NCBI RefSeq assembly: GCF_009914755.1
Contig: NC_060934.1
DNA length: 64,000 bases
Origin: the human T2T-CHM13v2.0 reference genome, Homo sapiens
Strand: one strand, 5' to 3'
The notes beneath the pieces are model-generated. The model saw only the letters and a list, made by a program, of their open reading frames with translations. It had not been told where the DNA came from and did not search any database. The position numbers and the translations under genes were made by a program. Shown piece by piece: positions 29,006 through 44,120 of the stretch. Within the stretch, counting starts at the first letter, position 1, and each line of letters begins with the position of its first letter.

Positions 29006-30967
29006 GAGGCATAGCTTGTCTTATTGTGCATCATTTGATTGTGCTTTGCAGGTACTGCATTCTCTGCAGAATGAAGTTCTGTGGCAATGCTGTGTCAAGC
29101 AAGTCCATTTTTCCCAACAGCATGTGCTCACTTTGTGTCTCTGTGTCACGTTTTGATCATTCTCACACTATTTCAGACTTTTTCATTATCGTCATATCTG
29201 TTACTGTGATCTGGGGTGAGTGATCTTTGATGTTGCAATTGTCATTGTATTGTTTTGGGGTGCCACAAATCGCAGCTATACAAGATGGGAAACTTAATGG
29301 ATAAATATTGTGTGTTTTCTGACTGCTCCACTCACTGGCCATTCCCCTGTATCTCTCCTTCTCCTTGGGCCTTCCTATTCCCTGGGACACAGCAATATTG
29401 AAATTAGGCCAATTAATAACCATAGAGTGGCCTCTAAGTATTCAAGGGAAAGGAAGAGTCACACATCTCTCACTTTAAATCAAAAGCTAGAAATGATTAA
29501 GCTTAGTCGGGAAATGCATCTCAAAAGCCAAGATAGGCTGAAAGCTGGGCCTCTTGTGCCAAACAGGTAGCCAAGTTGTGAATGCAAAGAAAAAGGTCTT
29601 AAAGGAATTTGAAAGCGCTACTCCAGTGAACATATAAATGATAAGAAAGTGAAACAGCCTTATTGCTGATATAGAGAAGGTGTTAGTGGTCTGGGTAGAA
29701 GATCAAACCAGCTACAACATTCCCTCAAGCCAAAGCCTAATCCAGAGCAAGGCCCTAGCTCTCTTCCGTTCTATGAAGGCTGAAAGAGGTGAGGAGGCTG
29801 CAGAAGAAAAGTTTCAACCTAACAGAGGTTGGCTCATGAGGTTTGAGAAAAGAAGTCATCTCCATAACATAAAAGTGCAAGGTGAAGCAGCAAATGCTGA
29901 TGGAGAAGCTACAGCAAGTTATCCAGAAGATCTAGCTAAGACCGTTGATGAAGGCGGCTGTGCTAAACAATGGATTTTCAATGTAGATGAAACAGTCTTC
30001 TATCGGAAGAAGATGCCATCTAGGACTTTCATTGCCAGATAAGTCAATGCCTGGCTTCAAAGCTTCCAAGGACAGGCTGATTCTCTTGCTGGAGGTGAAT
30101 GTTGTCAACTTTCAGTTGAGGCCAAGGCTCACTCACCATTCTGAAAATCCTAGGACTCATAAGAATTATGCTGAATCTACTCTGCCTGTGCTCTGTACAT
30201 GGAACAACAAAGCCTGGATGACAGCACATCTGTTTACAGCATGGTTTACTGAATATTTTAAACCCACTATTGAGACCTACTTCTCAGAAAAAAGAGATTT
30301 GTTTCAAAATATTGTCACTCATTTACAATGCATCTGCTCACTCAGCAGCCCTGAAGGAGGTGTACAAGGAGATGAATGTTGTTTTCAAGCCTGCTAACAC
30401 AATATTCATTCTGCAGCCCATGGATCAAAATGTAATTTTGACTTTCAACTCTTATTATTTAAAAAATATATTTTGTAAGGCTATAGCTTCCATAGATAAT
30501 GATTCCTCTGATGGATCTGGACAAAGTAAATTGAATGCCTTCTGGACAAAACTCACCATTCTAGAAGCCATTAAGAAAATTCATGATTAATGGGAGGTCA
30601 GAATATCAACATTAACAGGAGTTTGGAAGAAGTGGATTCCAATCCCCATGGTTGACTTTGAGGGGTTTAAGACTTCAGTGGAGGAAGTAACTGCAAATGT
30701 CCTGGAAACAGCAAGAGAACTAGAATTAGAAATGGAGCCTGAAAGTGTGACTGAATTGCTGCAATCTCATGATACAACTTGAATAGATGAGGAGTTGCTT
30801 CTTATGGATGAGCAAATAAAGTGGTTTTTGAAAAGGAATTTATTCCTGATGAAGATGCTGTGAATATTTTTGAAATAACAACAAAGGATTTAGAACAAAC
30901 GTAGTTGATAAGGCAGTGGCAGGGTCTGAGAGGATTCACTCCACTTTTGAAAGGAGTTCTACTGTAG
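29006..30967 (+). mobile_element. Tigger1 DNA transposon, 3'-truncated
   Basis: Begins after TA with decayed TIR (GAGGCATAGCTTGTCTTATTGTGC); colinear Tigger1 body; ends abruptly at GTTCTACTGT with no 3' TIR. Confidence 0.95.
29427..30900 (+). pseudogene. Disrupted Tigger1 (pogo/CENP-B family) transposase
   Basis: ORF fragments 29680-30042, 29987-30397 and 30270-30590 encode [15 protein letters not shown] (HTH), FNVDET and LQPMDQ. The start ATG is GTG, there are stops and frameshifts, and the middle catalytic D appears replaced (LIYNA). Confidence 0.9.
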
Positions 30968-31405
30968 GATCCAGGACTCAGCCTGGTAGTTCAGTGTCTA
31001 GTCCCATTGTGCTATCGGTGCCATCCCAGGGCCAGCCACTGGGCTAAGTGCTGCCATTGCTGTTCCCTCTGCTTCTTTCCACCACTGTCACATTCAGGTA
31101 ACACTAATTAGGGCTTTTCCTGTCTCCTTTCACGTATTAGAAAGCTTGACCCAGCCCTCAGTTGTGTGAAGAAAGCCAAACTCTGGTCTCCAGCTGCACA
31201 TAGGATGCCCCTGTCTAGGTCACTCTACAGGAATTAAATCTTCACCACCCCTGCCTGCTGTAGTGCCCCACTCTTTCTGCTTTGTAGCTCTTTTTCTGAT
31301 CCCTAGGGATGTTTAGCTCATTTTTTAGCATAGCCATCCTTTTAAATTTATATATTTCACATGTAATTTAATTTGTAAAATACATATGAAATATTTATTG
31401 ACTGC

Positions 31406-31750
31406 TGTAGCCATAAAAAGGAGTGAGATCATGTCCTTTGCAGGAACATAGATGAAGCTGGAAGCCATCATCCTCAGCAAACTAACACAGGAACAGAAAA
31501 CCAAACACCGCGTGTTCTCACTCATAAGTGGGAGTTGAACAATGAGAACACATGGACACAGGGAGGGGAACATCACACACCGGGGCCTATTGGGGGTTGG
31601 GGAGCGAGGGGAGAGAACTTAGAGGTTCAATAGGTGCAGCAAACCACCATGGCACACGTATACCTATGTAACAAACCTTCACGTTCCGCACATGTATATT
31701 GGAATTTAAAGTAAAATGAAAATATTTAAATAAATGAAAGAAAAAAAAAG
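31406..31750 (+). mobile_element. L1PA (PA8-11-like) 3' end, 5'-truncated
   Basis: GCCATAAAAAGGAGTGAGATCATGTCCTTTGCAGG...ACCTATGTAACAAACC...A tail; ATTGACTGC TSD at 31397-31405 and 31755-31763. Confidence 0.92.
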
Positions 31751-33827
31751 AAACATTGACTGCATATTTTGTCATTGCTGTGTTTGGAGCAGAGGGGAAA
31801 AATTTCAAGCACCACCTTGACCACAAGAACACCATATGTAGGATGTATGTTGAACATTTCATATTTCACAGAACAGTGTGTCCCAGGTTTTCACCAGTTT
31901 TTGTTGAAGAGATAATGTAGTGAGCGGTTAGATATTTCCATTACTATCAGCGATTTGCTTTCTGCATCCCCAGGGATGTCATTTTCTCCAACAAATAATA
32001 CCCTTTTGGCAAAGGCTTGGCTGGTTGAAAATTATAAGAGAACGTTTCATTGTATTGCATCTTAACGTGGTTGTTCTAAAAATTCATCTCAGAATTTGCT
32101 ATTTCAGGAAGCTTGCTCAGCGCCTCTGTTTTTTTCTGTAGTCCATCAATTCCATAAATTGGCTAGGCATTACTCAAAGATGATTGTTAAGGTCAGGAGT
32201 GGGGAGGAACAGAACACCAGGTGTTACATTTTAAAAGGTGGCATAAGCCCCTGGTTTAGTCATGTACTTCAAGAGTGTGGGAAATAGCTGTTCACAGTTA
32301 ACACCAGAAGTGCTCATTAAACTGATTTTCTGTTGGGAATGATTCCTCCAAAATGTCTCAGGCTATCAAGTAGCTAAAATTCTATCAGGATTATGACACC
32401 CACCAAGTTACAACTTATAAGAAACAATATTGAAATGAAGGCTTTGCAGGCAAATTAAAATAGTAATAATTTCAGTTAATGTAATGATATCTTTTTAAAA
32501 AAATCCCTTAATATCGTTCAGCCAAAATTACATATTTGGAAAAAATGAGCTTCTAAAGAAGATTCCCTAATTGTATGTAATATGCCTGAAGGCATATTGC
32601 GGATGTAATTCAGATGCCTGGACACAGAGGAAGAGGGCTCTGATGAGAATATTGTGTCATATAACTACATTTTAGTCACAAACAGCCATAATGTACAACT
32701 ATTTCCCAGAAAAAGGAAGCCGGGACCATGTGACAGCTTTCATGGTTAACTCTGGAATTCTGAGTATGGCCTGGAGATCCTATTTCCACATGTGCAGACT
32801 TTTCTGTAAGCCCCCAAACCTTTCTCATCAAACTTTGACATGTAACATCTCAGTATTTTGTAAGTGATGGCGCTTATTTTCCCGAACTTCAGTTGCATCT
32901 TGAGTTTCCTTTATTTAGTTTACGCCAATGTGGTCTTTTCTCAAATGGCTCATTATGGCTCCTGTCTCATCCACAGACTAACAAAGCCCTACATTCATTT
33001 CTTGTGGTAAAAGAATAACTTAGACGAAGCATGAATTGTTTTTACTATTTACAAGCAGTAATAACTTTTTAAATGTCATTTTAACAAATGTCACATTATT
33101 GAGCTACACCTTGTTGTATATCAGTCTGTCCATTAATGTTTTTTACATTTATCATACTCAAAAACCATAGGATCTTGCATAGAATTTCATAAAATGTGAT
33201 CTTGACATATGACTAAATGTAAAAACTTGAGGACACTGTATTCTGGGTTGTGGTCTAACTCAGGTGAGTCCATTTGAAATGGAATTTTTTGTTTCATGCT
33301 CAGGCCAGATTCACAGCCCAGGTTGGTGAAGGCTCCTATAAAAGTAGCCTTCATGGTGGCTTTCACTTCCCTGGGCCATCCAACACATCGAACCGTTAGC
33401 TGCTAACAACCCATGTTCCCCTCCTTTCCCCAAGTCCTGTGCTTTCTTTTCTTGCCTTTACTGACATGGAGGTCAGAGGCCATCATCTCCAACATGTTGG
33501 TTTTATTTCTTCTGGGAAGAAAAACTCCATCTGGCCACACTGTGGTGACCCCGGCTTTCTCAATTGCCTCTGGCCTTATGATGCTGTCCTTGTTCTTCAA
33601 CAAGGCTGATTTCCTTTCTGCCTTCCTGTGTTCCCTTTCTACTGGGCTCAATTCAGTCCACTGGGGAGGCAGACAATGGATTCCTCTGTTACTCCTGGTG
33701 GCTTCTGGGGTAGACATGGCCTCCAAATAGGCCTCCTGATGGGTGAGTATGAGCCCACCTTCCAGCCTCCCTACTCAGCCTGCAGTCTATTTATGCCTGT
33801 CTCCCAAACGCTTGGGGCTGCCCTCAT

Positions 33828-35162
<1,335 letters not shown>

Positions 35163-35971
35163 TGAGAGAGCAAAAGGGAATACAACAGTGGCTTCTCTGG
35201 CCAAGGTAAAAATTCCCTCCAACTGTTTCCAGATACTTGAAAAGAGACTCGAGTGTTCAGGACAAGCTCAAGGCTCACGTGTTTCCAGAAGATGAGGAGG
35301 AAGGCCCATTCCTTACTTCAGGGCAGATGTTGTAAGAAGGTCTCCTGAGCAAGGTGCCTCCAAAACAGAAAAGGCCCTCAGCTGTTGTTTGTTTCCTAGA
35401 AGAGTCCACGAACTACAGGACAGTCCCAGCTACCGGGAAGAGGTACCCAACTCTTGCAGGCATGGCTAACGCCAGATGAGGTCTAAAGATCAAGCTGTGT
35501 TTTTTCAGATGACAATGGAAGACAGGCTAAAGAGAAGCATGAGGTGAAGCTGGGAATGGGCACATACTATCTTGTGTGACCTCTTGGCATTTCCTGATAC
35601 CAGAGATTTATTTTTCTGCCTGCCAAACTGGCATTATTTATGAAAGAGAGATGCACAGTGTAATCTTTTTCCCTTCCCAGGAGAAAGAGTCTACGTTGGT
35701 ATCTGTTTAACCTGTCTAACTTTTTGTTTGTCAACTTGTGCATGCATCTTTCCATTCACAATGGGGAAGGGAAAAAAGACACATTTATTTGGTGTCACAG
35801 AAAGTCCCTTGGACTAGGCCTCTGAAGTTCTAGGATTTTGGGTTGGCAGTCATGAGACAGTGCTCCTCAGTTCTCAAATGTTTTCCTTCTCAAAAAATTA
35901 TTTCCTCCCAGCTTTGTGGGGAGGAGAAGATCAGAAAAGGGATGTGCAAGTTCTCAGAAAAGAAGTCTACA

Positions 35972-36258
<287 letters not shown>

Positions 36259-36763
36259 AAAGTCTACAGACATTTCAGAAATTTCTAGTGGGCTAGGAAC
36301 CGGGGCTTAAAAATTAAGACACTGGCCATGCTGTCATGGACACCAACACTGTTAACCATTAAGAGGTCAAGCCACAGTCCCCAAAAATATAATATTATTA
36401 TGACCATCTTATTTTAATGACTTTAATTCTATCTCTATGCTGCTGCAGGGTTGTTTATTTCCAGGCAATTGTCCACATGTTTCTTTCCCCTCTACCTCTG
36501 CCTAATTTCTTCTTACATCTTCCTCTTCCTGAGAAACAGTAGTGCTTGGGGAAAATAAGGGACTGTGAGTACTGGGTAGTACATCAGAGTTGATGAGCAA
36601 AGAGAGAATCCACCTTTGTCCTCAACAACCCTTTGTCTTTCTAAAATTCAAAGGTGAAGTCCTCAGGCTGTGATTTTCTGTTTCAAGAAAATGCTAGGAC
36701 AGGGATAGAGCCAGCCTACCCAGTGTACACATCAAGAAGATAATGATATGAGCTCTTAGAGGA

Positions 36764-37124
36764 TGATATAGTTTAGCTGTGTCCCCACCCAAATCTCATC
36801 TTGAATTTTAACTCCCACAATTCCCACGTGTTGTGGCAGGGACCTGGTGGGAGGTAATTAAATCATGGGGGCAGGTCTTTTCCATGCTATTCTTGTGATA
36901 GTGAAGAAGTCTTAGAAAATCTGATGGTTTTACAATGGGGAGTTTCCCTGCACAAGCTCTCTTTTCTCTTGTCTGCCGCTACGTGAGACGTGCCTTTTAC
37001 CTTCCTCTTTGACTGAGAGGCCTCCCCAGCCATGTGGAACTATGACTCCATTAAGTGTCTTTCTTTTGTAAATTGCCCAGTCTCTGGTATGTCTTTATCA
37101 GCAGTGTGAGAACGAACTAATACA
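36764..37124 (+). mobile_element. THE1 (THE1B-like) solo LTR
   Basis: TGATATAGTTTAGCTGTGTCCCCACCCAAATCTC...ACTAATACA; perfect TSD GAGGA at 36759-36763 and 37125-37129. Confidence 0.95.
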
Positions 37125-38029
37125 GAGGAACACTCTCTGTAAATAAAAGGCAGCTTTTTAGAAAATAAATTTCTGAGCATTTTAGAAAACAAGTTGGGAA
37201 AGTTCACTAAGATTTCTCTGCCTCTAACACATTGTATAATTTATTATTATTTATTTGGGTCCTCTTCACTGAATGGTGAGCAAAAACGGTTCTTTTTAAT
37301 TCTTTTTGGCAATAATCCATACAGGAAAAAAAAAGTTCCTTTGCATTCTAACCTAGGTAGTCTCCCACAGTGTCTTCTAATGTGAAAGAAAATGAAGAAT
37401 TATTATAGAAGTGCACCCAAAAATGTTAATGCAAAATTAGCAGAGCCGTTTTGTTTCTGCTAGTAGTGCAATATTTTCTCACAGTTATGTTTTTGAAACA
37501 TGAATCTGTGATAGTTTAAGAGCTGAATACATAATTTAATACTGCCCAAGGCCAACATTAGTGAAAGCAGATGTTTGTGAAAGATGCGTGTCTTTATTAG
37601 AGGGCTGTGCTGCCCTAATTCGGTCCAATTCACTACGCCCCTCCCCGCCCCCGTCGCGGTGCTCAGGTCATCCCGCTCCTCTGCATGGATGGAGACTGAG
37701 AATGCCTCCCTTCAAGGCACACCAGGAGGGTGGCTCTGCAAGCTGTCCATTACACACATGACAATCAAACTGCCCAACATGGAGAGGGCGATCTTCTTTG
37801 AGGGCTGTCTTATATATTCCACCGTTGACACGTCGTTGAATCCCCGAATCTCCTAATTGGAAGTCCCTCGGAAGTCTACGGATTATCCTTAATATTTAAA
37901 TCCTCTGCACCATCCCAGCTAAATGGTTAAACTCCTTCTGTGATGGGAAATTTCTAGAGCCACACATTTACTCTGTGACCACATAATTCTCACAAGGAAG
38001 CAGCTTGAGGGTGGCGGCTGAGAGCACGA

Positions 38030-38242
38030 TTGCAGCTTTTGAGTCATGGTGCTCTGGAGCCCCAGCTCTGTCCATCCCAGTGACATGACCTTAAGCTGGT
38101 TCATTTAACTTCTCTGCATCTGTTTTCTAACAACATTTACCTCACAGGCTTGTTTTGAGGATCCAGTGATATAATGGGTATAACCCTTTTTAACACAGTG
38201 TCTGGTATGTCTGAAGGGCTAAATCAGTGGAAGCCATTACTT
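38030..38242 (+). mobile_element. MIR
   Basis: TGACCTTAAGCTGGTCATTTAACTTCTCTG...TACCTCACAGGCTTGTTTTGAGGAT. Confidence 0.7.
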
Positions 38243-38469
38243 TAATTTAATTTTTAGTCAATGTCCTCACTGGGATTTCTACCCTTTGATTCTGGTTCTG
38301 GGCCCCCGGAACCAGCTGGCTGCACAGGCAAACCTAATCTTTCTTCCACATGACTGTCCCTCAGATGTTTGAAAATATCTATCATTTTAACCTCTTTTTC
38401 CTCCATCCTTTGGACTCTCTGTTGCAATCACCCCTCAGTACCTTCATTTCTCCAAGTGTCCAGGGTTTC

Positions 38470-38822
38470 CTTTCCTCCCTGTACTTTTGCACACACTGTT
38501 TTCTCTTGGCCTGGGCTTCTTCCTCATCATTTCCATCCCCACTTTTGCTGGGTTAAATCCAACTTATCCTTCAGGTCTCAACTAAGAGGCCCCTTCTGCC
38601 TGGAAGCCTTCCCTGATCCCCTAAACCTGGGTTAGATACCCTTGTTTGTGCTTCTGCCCCTGTAACTCTTCTCATCTCAATGTTGTCATCGCTTATTTAT
38701 TCTCCACCAGATTATAAACTCCACAGGGACAGAAACTGGGTCAGCGTTGCTTGTGGCTAAACCCCCAATGCCTACCATAGCGTTTCACCCACAATGGGTG
38801 CTCAGTAAATATTTATTGAATT
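38470..38822 (+). mobile_element. L2 3' end
   Basis: TCCTTCAGGTCTCAAC...GGAAGCCTTCCCTGA...GTGCTCAGTAAATATTTATTGAAT. Confidence 0.75.
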
Positions 38823-38861
38823 TTTTAAAAAGACATATTTATTCATCCTGCCCATTGATAA

Positions 38862-39230
<369 letters not shown>

Positions 39231-42200
39231 TAGGAGTCAGAAAATAGTATTTGGATTTGATCAAAGCCTGTACCTCCCCAAAATTCCAATAAAATAAAAC
39301 ATGAAGAGTCATTCACAAAAGTGTCGTTTGAGTTGGCAGCCCACTTACTTATAAGCTGATGGAGGATATTTTCCATAGTGATGATAAGCACAGCAACCTC
39401 CTTGAGCAAAACTCAAAAGAGTTGATTCTCTCCTTTTAGCTGCAATGAGATATTTTCATTCTTGGCCTCTTTCCTCTTCCCCCCAAAACATGATAGAGCT
39501 CATAACTCAAGTGCTTGCTCAGTTAATGCCTGGCTTTCTGGATTCTTCTTTCTTTAATGAAGGGGGGGAATCTCAGCTCTTATGTATGTATCAGCAATAA
39601 ATGCAGAGTATATACCCTTAATTGTGGCAAAATGAATTTTTGAAAATTATATTCAAATTCATTACTTTTACAATAATAATTACCTACTTTACTCTTTTCA
39701 TGAATTATAAAATAAATTTTTAGATCATTGTTTAAAGAAAGATATGCCAATCACCTTACATAAAAGAATGTTTCTGGCAACTTGAAATGGTAGTTATTTA
39801 CAACAAATAGACAGTAAAGACTTTATAATAAGGGCTCTGCAAGTAACAAAATGTTTCAGCTGGAATAATCATGTCAAGAAGAGGGCAGGTGGGCAGGTGA
39901 TTTTTCTTGAATCGAATTCCACCTACACCAGCCGGAGTCTGAATGCAGGAGTGGCTGAGACTCACGGCCAGGAAGACAGAGCTGTCCAGAGACAGTCGGA
40001 GCTGCGGACAACTGAAAACATGTCTGCTCATTTCCTTGCTGGTCGAAAGCACACAGGGGAGGCATTGATCTTTCCTAGCTGGACCCAAACACATTCTGTA
40101 AGAGGAAGATGAATTAAACTCAGCAGAAACTGACTTGCTCCCACAGCTGCAGAAAGAGCCAGGAGGATTTTGATGTGGGACTGACAGTGCCTGCTATGTG
40201 GGCAAGTGGAGATTTGCACCCAAAGGCCATCAGAGGCTGGACTTCAGGCCAGGCCTGACCCCCACAAGCCCAGCAGCCGGTGACACCTTGATGACTCTGT
40301 ACCAGGGACTAAGTGGCTAGAGAAGGAGATGTAGAAACCAATTCAAGACTCCTTTTTGACAATGACTTTGCACTTTAAGGTGTTAAGCCAGTCTACATGA
40401 TTCTCACTGTCTTCGTACAGCACCAGTGAAGTCAAGCTGTCCAAACCCACATCAGCGTCTTGTCATGCATTTCATTCCTCGCAAGTCTGCACAAAATTTG
40501 AGATCTGCAGTGTGTTCTGCCAATATTTTCCTTCCTTTTTTCCTCCAAAAGACTTTTTTTTTTTCAGGTTGTGTATGTGTTTGTTTTAAAGCTAAAAGAC
40601 ATCTGTCAAAAACTGTTTCATTTAAAGTAGTTTTTGTGTTTGTCTTTTCATGGAGAGGAAGATGCTTTATTTTACTTGACCGTTTGTCTTTATTCATCTG
40701 GCAAAGACCAGGCTGTCCCCTCCACCCCCAGTGATTTAGAACAGAGGCGAAGTTAATATCAGGGCCTTTGTTTAACAGCAACGACTACATCTGCCATTAG
40801 ACAACTTTTACTTCCTCTCTGAGTAGCAGAGAAACTGTCTTTCCTCAACCAAAATGTCAAATGAACACCGTCCTTAAATAAGAACATGAATTTGACCTTT
40901 ACCGGATGTCTTTATTCTTTAACATTCTTTAAAGATACACACTTGGAAAAGTTAGTACTTATGATACCAGCATGGATGCCTATTGTCTGTTGTTTCCAAG
41001 CTGCCAGAGGCTTTCTGATGTGAATGAAATGACTATTTCCATCATAATGGAACACAATTATTTATTCCACCTAGCAGAGTAGAGGAAATGATTGTAAAAC
41101 TGAAAACACAAAATGGTTTGTTTCTACCACCGGCTTCCCACAAAAGCAGAACTCTTACTTCCTAAGTAGAACCAGACCCTCACTCCATTCTTTGCCCAAC
41201 AGAAAAATTACATGGCTTTTAGCTTTAATGGCCTTTTAGGCTTGTCGCCAGAAGAAGTTCCAAAAAAACTTTTCTGGTCCCAATTTGCCCTCTCAGCCCA
41301 GTTCTTTTGTAAGCAGGGAGGAGATGGCTGGAGAGTGGCCAAAGCCTGGAGGCCAAAATACCATGACACACAATTGGGAGGAGAGAAAGAGGAGCCCCAA
41401 GGCCACCATGCCTCCGACTGCCGCTGGCGGGCACAGCCTCATTGCCGCACCCTCAGTGCGGCTGTTGTCAACGTCGCAGGGTTCACAGTCACCTTTGAGG
41501 TGGGGCTGGAAGGCGTGGGTGGAGTGTGTCCCTAGATGTGGTCCGGGCTCTCTGTCGTCATCATGCTGCATTCTCACCTGTTTCTGTCTTCAGCAAACCA
41601 ACAGGGCTTTTTTCTCTTTAAAGATTTGGGTTTTTATCTCACGTTTCACTTCCCAGGGCCTGAGCTGACTTTGAAGCAGTGAACACTTTTCTCATTCTTC
41701 ACAGGTATTTCCAAGCTATAAAGATTTCAGGAGGAGAATTTCAGAATATTTCAGCCAAGGCTACGGGGATATTGGAGAGCAGCGTCCACCCTTGCCTGGC
41801 AAGACATTTCCTCTCCTTAGCTCAGATGCCTCACACTTATGAAAATGAGGGAGAAGGATCATCATCTCTGTGATAACGACATCGTGCTCTTTCCTCCAGA
41901 CACTGCCTTTCCCCTTGATTGTCTCCTTTCCTGCATTCATTCAACTGTTCATGGGCTGCTGAGGTGGAATGCAATTCAGTATTTGGCTTCAAGAAGTGAA
42001 AGTCACCCAGAGAGATCTGAGGGTGGGACACCAGACAGGAACGGCCATCCTGCTTTGCCTCTAGCGGTGAGTGCCACCAGCAAGGCTCCAGAGGGACAAC
42101 CTCCCTTCCAAGGATGGGAGGGTGGCTTCCGGCTGTGAGGAGCAGGCCTTGAAGGATCCCTGGTCTGAGATATGCAGAGGCAAGGGGCAGACATTCCAAT

Positions 42201-42421
42201 CTGAGTACAGGAAGCACAAAGAATCATTTTCTCTCTGCTTCCCCCAGTCAGATCAGTCCCTGGGGGAGCTGCAAAAAGCCTTAGCGACGACGGTGGCTGC
42301 GCTCCAGGCATTGGCTTCCCTGAAGCCATCCAGGTTAAAACGTTTTTTTTAAGCTGAAGCAAATAGATAAAAATAAAATAAAAGCTTAAAGTGATCTGGA
42401 TTTAAAAATATATATATTTAA

Positions 42422-42986
<565 letters not shown>

Positions 42987-44120
42987 TTATGAACACATCT
43001 GAACCTGTGACTGGAATGTTCTCACAGTTATTTAAGTTCCCTGAGTACGGTCAGTTTTCCTCCTCACTGTATCATTTTGCTGAAATGTAAGAAAAAGAAA
43101 ACTGAGAAATGATATCCTTTCAAATAAGTGTCAGAGAGCCAAAAAATGTAATCATCCAAGTACAAACATTTCCAAACCTCTCAGATATAAGACAACACAG
43201 TTAAATCATTTTTATTATAGGCATAAAATAAAAATTATAAAATATTAAATGTTTATGAGTATGGACAATGCTTGTTAACAATTTCCAGTGTAGATGGAAT
43301 GACTTAGCAATCAAAATTATCTCATAATGATTTCCATGATACATTAAGTTCACTCAGTTTCACCCTCAGGCATTGAGTGGCAAAAGACAATAGTATCTTT
43401 ATCATATTTGAAATATCAGATCTACATTCAAGAACCTTTCCACTGAGGCCTTTCCCTTCTCTGTTTCCTAGTCTTTCAATGGTGCACAGCAAGACAGAAG
43501 TACAGTTCAATCCCTTGGGGAGGTGGGTGTGAGCAGAAGGCTCCGTTCCATCTCATGTCCCCTGAGGCAGCTACACCCGGGCAAGTTCTGTCTCCAGCCA
43601 AACTTAAGAAGGGATGGGTCAGGAAAAGGTATCATTTTCTGTGGAAAGTGTTGGAAGATGGCAAAAGCCATTCTGCTGCAAGGGCCCTTCATCCAGGCTT
43701 TGTAGTGTGGGGGTCACAGCTGGACCCACACATTTGTGTTATATCTGAGCCCAATGACAACTTTCATTCGGGCTGGCCAGGTGAGGTAGAGGAAGTGACT
43801 GCCTCTCTCAGGCCCCATTGGAGGCTCCCTTAAACGATACCCCCAATTTTCTGAGACTATGCAGCCCCCAGAAAGCCCACTTAGATTATAATAGCTTACT
43901 AAGCCAGTATAGACTGGCAAAGAGGTTGATAGAAATTCAATGCAAAAGCCCACAGGTAGGGTTGAACAAGGTAGACATCTGTGCAGGGGATGGAACTGGC
44001 AGAGCTACAGGGGCCCAGAGCAGGGATGTGGCACCCCACTGGAGTGACGTGGGTGTCCACACTCAGGGGAAGGCAGCTGCCCAGTGCAGGATGTTGGAAT
44101 GGGTAAAGAAGGATATCTTC

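Noticed and set aside
29680-30590. Possible domesticated TIGD-like transposase gene
   Set aside because: Frameshifts, stop codons, lost ATG and an apparently mutated catalytic Asp; an ordinary decayed Tigger1.
33403-33730. Overlapping 105-107 aa ORFs on both strands just left of the insertion
   Set aside because: No recognisable domain, no convincing splice structure, and the length is within chance expectation.
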